34,156 nt of DNA. It comes from Piedraia hortae CBS 480.64 (Eukaryota). Positions within the stretch are counted from its first letter, which is position 1. Each line of letters begins with the position of its first letter. The notes below the pieces were generated by a model. It did no database searches, was not told the origin of the DNA, and saw nothing but the letters and a program-made list of their open reading frames with translations. The DNA is taken from positions 1 through 34,156 of the forward strand of contig MU006051.1 in the NCBI GenBank assembly GCA_010093745.1. Reading direction: 5' to 3'. Made by a program: the position numbers and the translations under genes. Of this stretch, positions 22,066 to 33,753 are shown piece by piece.

Positions 22066-22892
22066 GACGTGAACCACTGCGTCGCTTTCAACAGGTGGTT
22101 GTTCGGATAACGGAATTGGTTCCGCGTGGCTTGGTCGGTGGCGGTGGGTGATGACAGTGTCCCTTGCAAGCGAAAGCGAAAAGGTTAACTTTTGGTCGTT
22201 CTGGAGTGGGAAGTGGTTAAGCTTTAGACGCATGCATGCCAAGCCCACTTGCACTTCAGCGTAAATTGTCGAAGACGAACATAGTGCTTAACGGTCAAAG
22301 GAATTCACCGAGGAAACGATATGGAAATTGTTCATATACTGAAGGAGATCCTTTGTAGCCCCGACAGCCTTCCAGAAACAAGCTCAACTCCACTCACAGA
22401 GCGAAAAAAACAATCTTGGGAAGCCGCTGCAATTCTCTGGATGTAGGTATGTCGTATGATCGCCACTACGGATACTACGTCGCAAAGTGCATATTGCCAT
22501 TGTCACGATGGCGGTCTAGTATAATATGTCCGCCTTGCCCCTTGTTCCACCTGAGATGTCGCGAAAGTTTGGTGGGAATACACCAAGATGGGCCCTTTGG
22601 GAATTTGTATCGTTTAGCTGACCGCCGTATGTACCTAGGGCGGGTGGGACTATCGAGCTCCTTGCGGAGTTCGAGGGATGAAAAAGTGAACGTATGGCGG
22701 TGAGACAAATGAGAATGTAACGAGCTGAACAGGTCTTTGCCAATGCCCCTCTGATGGAAGGACTCTGTCTATATCTAGGCCGGCCATTGCCTAAGGCCAG
22801 GCCCAACAACAGCAGAATGCGAGCGCTTGCGAGCCACACACGCATGCATCCAGCCCAGCCCGCGTCAAAGGAGCAGCTAAAAATGAGCGGGT

Positions 22893-23424
22893 TTAGCTTG
22901 GTCTAGGCTCTCTTTGATGGCAAAACTTTTTGCTCGTTGGCTCCACCGTACGATCGGTTCCATCTTCGTCGCGTACCCGCTTGCCAGCCTCCATCAGGCT
23001 CGTACAGATTCTCTTGAGCTGTTCATGACCCTTCACCCAAAGCGCTGTACATACACACATATCCAAGCCCTCAGCACAGTGCTGAACCAACGATCGGTGA
23101 GCACCGGGACCCCAGCCCACGGTAGCTCTGGGCAAAAAATTCGGCCATGAGAGCGGTATACAATCCACGCACGTCGCACCTCCCCACGAAACCTCCACGC
23201 ATCATTTCAAAGAGCTCCTTGGCTTCCCAGAACTCGCCTTCACGCAGCCTGACGATACTGTAGTCAAAGAGCAGACTCGGCATGCCAGAGTCCTCCATGG
23301 GCGTTTCCATGTCTTGCAGAACACGCAAAATCGCCCCAAACAGCCTCTCCGCCTCCGACAGCTTTCCCATCTCAGAGTACAGGCGCCTGAGGTACTGGCA
23401 CGTCCTCAATGCGTTAGCAGGATC
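22893..23424 (-). pseudogene. 5'-truncated, frameshifted TPR-protein gene remnant
   Basis: LRRLYSEMGKLSEAERLF and LREGEFWEAKELF are TPR-like; frameshift near 23110; the upstream part is replaced by copia sequence. Confidence 0.6.
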
Positions 23425-24196
23425 TGTTGACATGAAGCCCTTGTTCGACAGTGATGTCACAAAGGGCGCGTTCTTTATCTCTACTCTCCCGGAGTCTCTG
23501 GACAACTTCATGGACAACTTAAACACGAAAGGGATTTCCTCCTTCTCCGAGATCCTGGATCCGCTCCAGGATATTATCGACAAGAATGCCCTCAAAGACC
23601 CTATGGTCACCGCCCTCCACGCCGCCACTTCCAAACGCAAGCATTTCAGACCCACAGCCACTTCCTCAGATGAGTATTGCACCTTCTGCAAGTCTCGTGG
23701 TTTTCCCTACAAGGGTCATAGCCACAGGAACTGTCGCCGGCTGGGTAAGGCCAAGAAGGACAGGGCAAATCGCGGGTTCAAGCGGCACCAAGGCGTCAAG
23801 CAATCTTCAACTTCTCCAAAGGACAACGCCTACAAAGCTTCCGCCCAGGAAGCTGTCGCACTCATCACATTCTCTGACGCTACCAACACCGCCTACCTTG
23901 GAAAGGTGCCACCACCACAGCCGGCAAGGTATCTGGACACAGCGGCATCCAAGCACATGTCCGGCGTTATCGAAGATTTTGAGTAATTCCGCCCTACCAC
24001 TGGAACGATCCAAATCGCTGGCGGCGGGCAGCTTCCCGTGCACGGTGTCGGGTCGGTCAAACTGCATTGCAAGCTCTCTGACGGCTCCGCTCGTCAAATT
24101 ACGCTGTCAAATGTTCTATACAGCAAAGACCTCAACTCAACAAGGCTTTTGAGCTGGCCTCACGCCCGTTACCAAGGCTGCAACCTCTGGGGGAGC
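23425..24196 (+). mobile_element. Ty1/copia gag-protease fragment
   Basis: Zinc knuckle CTFCKSRGFPYKGHSHRNC; protease YLDTAASKHM...IQIAGGGQLPVHGVGSV...LSNVLY...LLS; in-frame TAA at 23984-23986. Left boundary is approximate. Confidence 0.88.
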
Positions 24197-24558
24197 TGTA
24201 GATATTTAGCTCTCGTGGGTGAGAGTGCACAGCGACGCGAAGAGGGCGGAGCGATAGACGGAATCAGGGACAGGAAAGATGTAGATGTATGTAAGTCAAA
24301 ATACCAGTTGCAGTATGGTAGTGTGAATGACCATGTGTCTCTATAAGGGGACGTCAGAATGAAAATTCTGTACCGGTGGGCCGGTGACGTCACGTCGTAC
24401 ACTAGCGGGGCGTATTCACCATGTCACATATGACATGACCCTCAGGGAAAACCTCTGTGAGGGAAAAACCTAGGGTGCAGCCGGTAGTGTAGGAGGTATC
24501 GCTGACTTGCTATGCAAGTGCCCTGCATACGCGCTAGCGGCGATGCTTGAATCCAACA
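24197..24558 (-). mobile_element. Solo LTR, type A1 (362 bp)
   Basis: Reverse complement highly similar to 6010-6369; TG...CA; no TSD; abuts the truncated copia fragment. Confidence 0.9.
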
Positions 24559-24742
24559 GATACAATACAATATCTCATTCTTGTATGGACTTTTACGTCC
24601 CTCATTTACTGGCTAGCCTTGTCAAGCCACACATTTGCGGGGCTTGTTCGACAATGCTCCTTCCATAAAACAAAATGGGCTCGCCGACGTGCAAGTCCCC
24701 TGGCACACCTCTAGTGTTGTCTCGTAGCCTGCTTTGCCCGTC

Positions 24743-26172
24743 ATGTAAATCTACATGCTTGGTTTGCCGTGGGTACCATTGCATCGCCCGAAATGACCAT
24801 TTCCAAACTGGACCACCAGCTTCGACAATCTAACGCAGCGCGAGGTGTGGTGAAACGCGATGGCCTCGAGTCCACTGCATACGACGCTCAAAGTTAGTCT
24901 GCGGGAGGCGCTTACTATGTCAACCTCACCATCGGAACTCCTCCACAACCGCAATTTAACCTTTTCGACACCGGGTCCGCTGATCTGTTTATTAATTCTG
25001 CGTCTGCATCATTCGGCACCGACCAAGATCGCAGTTACATATGTCGTGGTGGGACTCTCGATGCAATTAAAACCAGCACGTTTAAGCGTATTGCACAGGA
25101 TCCGGCGTTCTACATGCAATACGCGGACCATGCACAGGTGGAAGGCTCTCTTGTCCAGGATGTATTTGAAATAGATGGTTGGACAATCAGTAACGCACGA
25201 TTTGGCCCTGGATGAGCATATCAAGACCTTCCATGTCTTTGCCGTGAGTGTTATGGGGGTTGGCTACAGTGCCACTGAGGCTTCTAGCTCTGATTATGAT
25301 CTATACCCCAATGCTGTTGATTGTTATAATACAGCCAGCTGTATTCAGTTTATCTGAACGAAGTTGGCTCCACTGGATCCATCATATTCGGTGGCGTTGA
25401 CAAAGCCAAATACACAGGCGACTTGGTTACCACGAACTTACTACCGAGTCCACGAGATGGGATAGTCAACGACTTATTCACCACCGTAACCGATATAAGC
25501 GCTGATGTGGATGACAAGGCTTACACCCTGGCGTCTGACCTTCCTAGCGGTGTGGAGGCCTGTCAAAGTGGCACTGCAGTGACTCTTGAACTGGGAGCGG
25601 TCCGCGGCTGGTACCGGCTCCGTTTTATGTTAACAAAACCGCACCATTGTTCCCATTGGTGGACATAAACTTTACTATCCCCTGTTCCGAGCAGACACGG
25701 GACAACAGCTTGACATTGACTTTTTCCAGCTCCATCAAGACCACTGTGCCTGTGCGTGAGTTCATTGTACCTTATTTGATGCAAGCACAGGCGAGACTTT
25801 TACCACAATAGTGAAGCTGTGCGTCTGTTCATGATTGAACCCAGCGGGGCAGAGATTTCAGGTGAGACCTACTTTATCCTTGGAGACGCCACCCTGCACA
25901 GCATATATATGGTATTTGATCTTCACAATGATCAGGTTTCTATTGCGCAGGCGAATGCAAACAGCAAGTCCAGGGATGTTGTCGAGGTGCAAGCTGAGCC
26001 CTCGGGAGTTGCCAAAGCCGTCGGTGCAAAGCCGCCAAGTAGTAGACAAACAGCACCTATTGCCCCAGCGATCGAACCTGGATCCGAAAGGGTTGCCACT
26101 CCTAGTGCTGTAAGAGTCCGCACATCTACCAGCGCTTCCTCCACCAAAACACTTACAACCAACAACAATTGA
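24743..26172 (+). pseudogene. A1-family (yapsin/OpsB-like) aspartic protease pseudogene
   Basis: VVKRDG pro-site, YYVNLTIGTPPQ...FDTGSADL (Asp at 24967), VMGVG, GSIIFGGVDKAKYTGDL and ILGD..L...Y.VFDL.N..VSIAQA. Has an internal stop and several frameshifts; the second catalytic motif reads ELG. Confidence 0.9.
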
Positions 26173-27686
26173 CCTTGTGGCTCTACCAGTAACCACGCCA
26201 CAAACTCGGGCTCACCTCGTAAGCTGAGCAATATGACCCCAGCACCACGTCATTTCCATTTATACTCTCAAGTCGGGCCATAAGCATTGCGCGCTCAGTG
26301 ATCGCCGAGGTATCCAGCCTAGCCTGCTAATGAAAATCTTAAGCACAGATGGCATCAACGGCAGCTTTCTCAAGTTTGAAACAAGCAGTTTGGTTAAATT
26401 TACACTGTTTGAACTCCCAGTTCCGCCGCTAACAACAACCCAAACATAGGTAGAGAATTTTAATTGTATGTACGGAAGGAATTGAATTCTGTGAGAGTTT
26501 GAGTGTTTCTACAAGTGCCCATGAGGATGTCTACTTCATTTTATCTGCATAGTTACAACAAGCTCGCGGCGGTGTTGATGCCTGATTGCTCTCGCCCTGA
26601 GTTGCTCAGGAACCGCTGCAGAGCCCAAAGCTGCTCGCCTGTATCCAAAAAACTGGTGGGAGACGCTTTTAGTTTGCCGCCCTCGAACACTCATTGATTG
26701 GGCTATACTCTGGTTAGCCTGGATCTTACATATGTTTCAGGGGCTCTTGGACTAACGATTTCACCCAGGCGAATTTCCCTGCGATCCAACCATCACCATT
26801 CTCATCTGCGGCTTGCGTCCGGATGTCGTGAGGACCTATTCCCGGCGTTGGCTTCCCTTAGGATGTCACCAGAAGATGTGTCTGTTCTCCTGTCTGGGAT
26901 TGGCAGCCTTGTAGTGGGGTGTGTCCAGATTGCGCCTCCCTCTGGAGGGATCCGCTTTGTCCTGCTCGGGCGTGGGAATTCTTGTCTCGGTTGACCCAAC
27001 TGCTTAATTCCTTGAATGGCCAAGGGAATCTCCGCTGACACCGCGGTAGACGATTCCATAAGCACGAATAAGAAGTGCGGTAAAAAAAAATCGGAAATCG
27101 GTTCGGAGGTTTTCTGTGCGCTCTGACGCCAAAGGCATGGCTTGAGTTGAGAAATAGAAATGGCCAGAGGTTCAAGGACGGCTCCGGGCGAGATTAGTGT
27201 TTTGTATCCGTGTTAACTTAAGACGAGACTGGTATCCAGCTAGGCAGTTGGAACACAAGACGCATTCAATTACAAAACCCATGCCATGCTGTGATTCGAT
27301 TACATAGAGCGAGTATCACTAACTTTCAACATCTTTTCTTTGGACATACCTGGCTATATTTGCAGCCAGGCTTCGATTCTCTTAGACTTATGAATTTCTT
27401 GGAATAGATCAAGCCATGTCACGAGGAAGTTTATCTCTCTTGATGTCAATACGTTCCGTTGAATCTTACAATGTACCACATGGAACAGCTCAGCACAGCA
27501 GCGAGACAGAACGTTTGGGAACAGATTTGTGCACCTACCGCTTTGCCAATACACTTGAGAACAATGTTGCGCTTCGAACGACGAAGCCTCGATTGCCACC
27601 GAAGCATCATCGACGGCGAGCTTCTTAATTTCGTTGTTGTTGGTGGCAACCTGAGCCGTTCTTTGCATCTTTTGATAAGCGGCCTC

Positions 27687-28009
27687 TGTTGGAGTTAAGC
27701 ATCGTCGCTAGCGTGTATGAGGGACACTTGCACAGCAAGTCAGCTATATCCCCAACACTGCGGGCTGCACCCTAGGTTTTCCCTCACAAAGATTTTCCCT
27801 CAGTGTCATTTCAGATGTGACATGGCGAATGCGCCCCGCTACTGTAGGCTAGTGAATCATAGATGACTCATACCATGACGTGGCGTTACCGGCCCACCGG
27901 TACAGAATACTTTTTCCGACCTCCCCTCATGGAGATACACTTGTATTCACTCGTACACACACCTCTACTTTCCATTCATCGTTTTCACTCGCACGTACCA
28001 TCTGTTACA
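27687..28009 (+). mobile_element. Chimeric solo LTR (A1 5' part, A2 3' part)
   Basis: Starts TGTTGGAGTTAAGCATCG like A1 and ends CTTGTATTCACTC...CCATCTGTTACA like A2. Confidence 0.85.
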
Positions 28010-28893
28010 GATTCTGTCAGAAAGATGTGGCACCTACCATGACCAGAACCGTATTTAGAAGTCGAAACTTCTCAGGGTTCTTACCTCTATTGAGGAAGCT
28101 TCCCCTGGGACGGGTAATGGTCTCGTTCATGCTTAAGAACATGTTTCGCTCACGTTGTCCTGGCGAATGCGGTTAGACTGAGGTGGTGTGGGGAAGGTTT
28201 CGAACCTCACCTCATATAGATATAGACATCTACACTCAGTTTCTCAGTCAAAGTTGAGTGAAAACATTTTTCGTCACTATTCGCTCCCCTTTAGTCCTCG
28301 GAAGTTCACCCCTCCGACAGATCCAGACCTCGATGTCGAGCGATGGAATTTGGCTGAACGAGGCCACGGAAGAGATGGAAGATAGTCTCAGCTCTGGAAG
28401 CTTATGGGGCTGCGATAATCAGCCATCTAAATTCGAAACGTGCGAAAATAAGCAGATAAAGTGTTTTCTTTAGAACGAATCATGACTTACTTCTCAACAG
28501 GTATCATCACACCGACAACAAACGACTAATCGCCGGGAGAAACATGGGTCCCAAAACGTGTCATGTCGTTAACATGTTCACGACACGTCGAGAGCAACGC
28601 AGCGCCTAGCCTTATGATTGTCGTTGACATAACCCCCGTTGAGATCACTTGCCGTTTAACTTCTTTACGTCAACAACATGTCCTTCTTCCACAGAACCTT
28701 CCACTTGCATGAGAAAGTCGACTGCAAAGGCAATTTTCTTCAAGTAAGCACGCTCATCGTGTCCTTCAAGACATCCAGACTCGAGTCAGAATCTAACCTC
28801 TGCCAGAATGGGCGATGGGCTGAACAGCAAACACAATAAGATCCGAATGCGGGACGAAACAAATATAACCCAGTCCGGATATGTTGCACGCTC

Positions 28894-30349
28894 TTAAAAG
28901 AGCGCCGCGTTCTTCGCTGGCTGGACAATCTCAATACATCCTTTCTGGACGCTCTTTTTCAACCAATGCCTTTGGATATCTATATGTCTTAGTTTTGTAA
29001 TGAGAACTGCCGTTTCGGCTGTACACAGCCTGATAGTGTGCAAATTATCACAGATCAGAGTGAGCGAGCTCTCAGCCGATAAGTCGAGCTTGTCGAAAAA
29101 ACTATTGAGGGCCAAGTGTTCTGTTGCGGCGTCTGATAGGCTTAGGAGCTCAGCCTCAGTCGACGAGGTTACAACTGTACTTTGACAGCGGGAGCACCAA
29201 CAGATAGGACCTCCGACTAGTGAGATAATGTAGCCGCACTGACTACGCCTGTTACCCTGGCGGGCTGCAAAAAAGGCATCCATGAATGCATTCAGTTCAT
29301 TCGAGCTACCATCGTAAGTAATGGCGAGATGGCGAGTACCGTACAGGTACTGGAAACAACAGACGGCCGCTTCATGATGAGTAGGTCCCGGATTAGATGC
29401 GTGACGGGCTAGCTCGGAGGCCGTGAATGAATTATCGGGTCTAGTTGAAGACGAGACGTATATCAAGCGTCCGACGATTTGAAGATATGTGTTGCGCGAT
29501 TGTCCTGTGGCCGGTACGGGAAATGGCTGTAGGATTTGGATGAGCGGTGTAGAGGGCGCTTTGCCGTGTGTTGGAATCTTTAACTGCGCCACACTCTTCT
29601 ATATGTATGCCGTCTGCGAAAGCCAGAGGCGACGCTGATCATAGTTACGTCGTACTTGTATGTTGAGAAAAGAGGTAACTTCATTTCCGCCGGTGACCTT
29701 AATCCTCGATGAAAGTTTGGCCACAATGTTTTTGTAGTGGAGTCGATGCGTGAGGTGAAACATGATGTTAATATCATGCGCATGAAAAAATACTGTAAAG
29801 AGGCCATCTGAGGCCACACACGCGTCTTCCTTCAGTACAGTGAGGCCGCAGGCTTGTAGTGTCTCTTTCGACAACTTGTATTATAACACCGGGCTGCGAC
29901 GCAGGCCATACAGCGCCTTTCTGAGGTGCCATACGTTGCCTTTCGTGCCAAAGCCAGGTGGCTGGCGGGTAAAAACAGTTTCGTCCAACAGGGCCGCGGT
30001 GAATGCACTTACCGCGTCGAATGAGGTAACTATTAGCCCAATCTTATTTGCAACCGGCTAGCACTGTGCGTTATATGGTTGATGCAATTGTTTCCGCGTA
30101 TGTGGGCAGTAACTGATGATCCTGCTCGTCATCTCGCACTCAAAACCGCGTCTTGAATTGGGTAACTGCATTTGTCTCCAGATCTCCCTTCAGCCCATAG
30201 ACCCACGTCAAGTGTAGAATATGATGTCCATCGGCGCTGGACATAGGATCTTCAACGTATATTTCGTTATCCTCGAGCAGTTCTCGCCGCTCGGCTTCTG
30301 TTACGGTGCTCAGAGGAAAAGGTTCGATAAGTCCCAACAACGAGGGCAA
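28894..30349 (-). pseudogene. Copia reverse transcriptase and RNase H, disrupted
   Basis: WVY..K......FKTR, WHLRKALYGLRRSP, LWLSQTAYI, TRPD, SSTEAELLSLS and CDN...HIDIQRHW. Stops and frameshifts; the YVDD motif reads HAHD. Confidence 0.9.
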
Positions 30350-30635
30350 TCCAAACTCCTGTCTACTGGGAAGCTAGGATGTTATAAACCAATCCAGAAG
30401 CGCCGTTCATTAGTGCGTGGTATCGACCGTAGCTATGAATAACTAGCAGGGCGCGTCGGTGTATCAAATTCCCTGTGCGCTTAGGGGGTCGTCCCGCTCA
30501 CATACAGCCTCGCCGTAACAGCTTCCAGCCAATTGTCCCTTTAAGGACAGTTGAGAACCTCTCTTCTATGCTTTGGTATAATGATGTCCGTCTCATCGTC
30601 ATCGCTTTTGGCCATTGATGAGGACAGTGCAGCCA

Positions 30636-32594
30636 TTATGGAATGTAGGGCTTTGTTCGATTGCTTGCGTGGTCGTGAGTGAGGATGTTTGCAGATGTGA
30701 GGCTGCACGTCGCATCATCCGTTGAGTCACCAATGGGGGAGTGAAGCGAAGAGTGTTCGAGCTGTTCAAACGGCTTGCGTGGCGACATCGGGGATAGAGA
30801 GACGGGTGTTGGCCACAGGTCGTTGTGCGGCGTCTTGGGAGGGTTTTGGCGACCATTGATCGGTGGACTGTCGAACGAAATGGAATCTTCCAACAGATCG
30901 TATTCATATCCTTGAACACCTTGCAGGACTTGATTGAGGGCTTTGTCCAACAGCAGGCGATCCGTTGGGGAAATGATGTGCTGTTTGAGCGTGGATGCAT
31001 GCTTGTCATCCGCGTAGGCAAAACGCTCATTGAGAATAACATGGGGCGTATTTATGACGCGATTTAGGGTAGGGATCCAGACCCAGTATTGGCTTGTGGA
31101 TTTGTAACCCAATAGATACCCGATATCAGCCCTTTCGTGCACACGTAGTTGTACTGTTTGAACGTTCTGCAAGGCCTTGGTAGAAAGTGTGTAATAACGA
31201 CACCCAAGTTGGCGTAGATGAGCCAGATTCGTAGCCATGTCATCCTCTACATGGAAGGACTTGGATGCCCTGTGCGTTTTTAGCCAGTGCAACAGCGCTT
31301 GCATAGGCGTTTGCCATCCAAGGGCTTTTGTTGTAAGACTATTAAAAGCATAGACTGCCGTGGACGCTAGTGGTGGCCAAAATCGGTCTGGCAGGCCTGA
31401 ACTTACAAACCAGGCTCTGGCCGTGGTTGCAATTGTACTGCCTGACTGCTCCGCGAAGTTTTCGTGCAATATATGCGGGCTGGTTGGCAGGATGTCTATC
31501 CCTTCGTCTACACAGAACGCCTGCAGTGTTTGGTTGGTGCTGAGAAAATCATCTGCGAGATGAAATCCACTCTCATTGTCGCACTGAAGGAATTGAATGG
31601 ATATGTCAAAGCGAGTATGGATACGTCGATGTATCGCTGTGATTGCGTGCCATAGCTCTTCAGTGTTCTTAGATCTCAGCGACAAAGCGGTACGCATACG
31701 TGTGATTTTGCAAGTAGCGTGGAAGAGGTATCTACACCCATTGTGCGCTGGTGGATACGAAAGAAGATCGACGGCAAGGTGCGCCATGGGTTCTGACGTT
31801 CTTGTTGTTTGAGTTTGCCTCCACTGCACGCGGTGTGACTTTGTTTTCGCGCATACGTCGCACTCCGCAGTAGTTGGTCCATCCACCTTGATACCGAGAT
31901 TTAGCTCGTTCGCGGCATGAGTCAGAGTCCCCGGTTTAGGATGTCCCAAACGGGAATGCCACAGGGAGGTTGATGCCGTAAAAAGCGTAGGGCGTGCTCG
32001 GATCGCTATGATTCCGCTACTTGGAGATAAGGAGACTGTAGGATTGGAAGGTAAAGTTGTGGCGTCGTTCAACATTGCCTGGGATGGGTGGCTGACATGT
32101 TGAATGAAGTAAAGACGATGTACCTTCTTCAGGGCGCACCATTCCCCACCTTGCTCATAGAGCAGATGGTGCCTTTTTAGAAATAACCCCTTTTCCTCCA
32201 TGTGTGCAAGTGATACAACGTTGGTATGCATTTTGGGAATCAGTTCGACATTCGAGATCTCATATAGAACTCGCTCGCCTGTGCTGAGGGTTGCTGTGAG
32301 AAGAGCTCTCCCGACGCCTAGCGCCAAGTATCGGCCATCACCCGTTAGCTTTTCATGGGGCGTCTTGTAGGCCTGGAACACAGTGAACTTGCTTATGTCA
32401 TTACAAATGTTGGAGTCGGATCCTGTGTCCAGTATCCACGAGTTTGTTAGGTCAGTGGCTTGACCGTCATCTTGGGAAGAGATTGACGCTAAGATTGGGC
32501 ATTGTGAGACTGCAGAGAAAGTACCATCCAGTCTAGCTTCTTGGGACACTTGTGGTGTTGTTGAGGATACCAGTTCAGATAGCTCAGTTAACAC
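30636..32594 (-). CDS. Copia pol fragment: protease, gag-pre-integrase, integrase (652-codon open frame)
   Basis: WILDTGSDSNIC, LWHSRLGH...CDVC, LAVDL, LQCDNESGF, FAEQSG and LGYKSTSQYWVW. Confidence 0.9.
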   Translation of the reverse strand: MLTELSELVSSTTPQVSQEARLDGTFSAVSQCPILASISSQDDGQATDLTNSWILDTGSDSNICNDISKFTVFQAYKTPHEKLTGDGRYLALGVGRALLTATLSTGERVLYEISNVELIPKMHTNVVSLAHMEEKGLFLKRHHLLYEQGGEWCALKKVHRLYFIQHVSHPSQAMLNDATTLPSNPTVSLSPSSGIIAIRARPTLFTASTSLWHSRLGHPKPGTLTHAANELNLGIKVDGPTTAECDVCAKTKSHRVQWRQTQTTRTSEPMAHLAVDLLSYPPAHNGCRYLFHATCKITRMRTALSLRSKNTEELWHAITAIHRRIHTRFDISIQFLQCDNESGFHLADDFLSTNQTLQAFCVDEGIDILPTSPHILHENFAEQSGSTIATTARAWFVSSGLPDRFWPPLASTAVYAFNSLTTKALGWQTPMQALLHWLKTHRASKSFHVEDDMATNLAHLRQLGCRYYTLSTKALQNVQTVQLRVHERADIGYLLGYKSTSQYWVWIPTLNRVINTPHVILNERFAYADDKHASTLKQHIISPTDRLLLDKALNQVLQGVQGYEYDLLEDSISFDSPPINGRQNPPKTPHNDLWPTPVSLSPMSPRKPFEQLEHSSLHSPIGDSTDDATCSLTSANILTHDHASNRTKPYIP

Positions 32595-32716
32595 TGCAGA
32601 GAACGTCTTCTATGTTGCAAATTTTGTTGTGTTGTTCGGTGTGTCGCGCCGAACACGTAGGCCGTGCCAAGACTGAATTAATTTTCATTGTGGTCCGTAA
32701 AGAAAAGGAGTCTTTG

Positions 32717-33645
32717 CTACTGCTTTTGTGGAAGTAATCGGCTGCGTTGACTCAACCATTTAGCTTTGAGGGTTCGACATTCCTTCGCAATATGGCTTTT
32801 TGTACCACTCGTATCACAAGTGGTTGGTGGACTTGTCAATTTGGGCCTGTTGGCTGTATTTAGTCTGTCACATGGTCTGTATGGCCATGGAATGCCGCAA
32901 ACGTGACTTGGTGTATTGCTGTGGACGTCTTGGGCTGAAGTGTGGTAATTAGACGCACACGCTTGTTTAATCATTCATGAAACGGAGAGGCTTCCTCGGT
33001 GTTGGCCTGCCAATTAATAAGGAGTTCGCCTTAAGGCATAATGACTGAGGAAAACAGGACAAGGACTTGGAAAAATCAGACATGGCCTTCCGGCACTTTC
33101 TGCACTGTTATGCCAATGGCCTCGAGGTGCGAATGATTTTTCTGATTTCAGTGACCCAAGCCTCTAAACCTTGTTGCTGTAAAGCCGCTGATGTGACTAC
33201 AGATGCCCATTTATCCTCGAGGTTACGACGCTGGTGGGGAATATCCGGGCCGAAATCATCAGATATCATACGCAGAATGGTGTGCAATGAATCAATCGCC
33301 CAATAGTTTTCTTGATAGCGCGCACAGAAGTCTGGAGACAAGCTTGCCATGACCATATTGAACAAAATGGACAGCCGTTGCTGGACCTTTTCCACGTCGC
33401 GCATTACGAGCATGTATTCCTCGACTTCGGATTCCCAAGCCTCTAGCGTCAATCGGAACTCAATAATGTCTTCGCCATCTTGCGGGATGGGACGAACTGG
33501 CCGCTCAGATAGGACGACGAGGTCGGGTTCATCACTAGTGAAGTCGACTTAACGCCCTATGCTCTCGTAAGACGCGTAGGCTTGGATAGCACCCATCATG
33601 TGATGTAGTTATGGGTGTCTTGTAGCCTTGGAAGGGAGGCGCCAT
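32717..33645 (-). pseudogene. Copia gag, disrupted
   Basis: Lies between the PBS and pol; fragmented ORFs; degenerate zinc knuckle CDTSGTKSHIAKEC. Confidence 0.7.
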
Positions 33646-33741
33646 TCTAGGTGTGTGAAAAGGAGAACATTTTGGATCGTGTAGGTTGCGCTAGCGTCGA
33701 ACGTTGCAATGTCACGTGAGCGTAACCTTGAATGCGAATTT

Positions 33742-33753
33742 AGGGCTCATAAC
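33742..33753 (-). other. Primer-binding site complementary to the anticodon arm of initiator tRNA-Met
   Basis: The + strand reads AGGGCTCATAAC, identical to the fungal tRNAi(Met) anticodon arm. It sits immediately inside an LTR-like end (TGATA, likely from TGACA). Confidence 0.85.

Noticed and set aside
23071..23986. Overlapping antisense ORFs of 206 and 234 aa as a two-gene system
   Set aside because: Each is read-through across the junction between the TPR remnant and the copia fragment.
9680..24563. GTATC flank shared by the inverted A1 LTRs at 10040 and 24558, suggesting an inversion
   Set aside because: The 9685 LTR already has a 4/5 TSD, and swapping flanks leaves the other pair unmatched.
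28184..28212. tRNA T-arm-like GAGGTTCGAAACCTT...CCA on the minus strand
   Set aside because: No D-arm, anticodon arm or acceptor stem; it falls in a probable intron.
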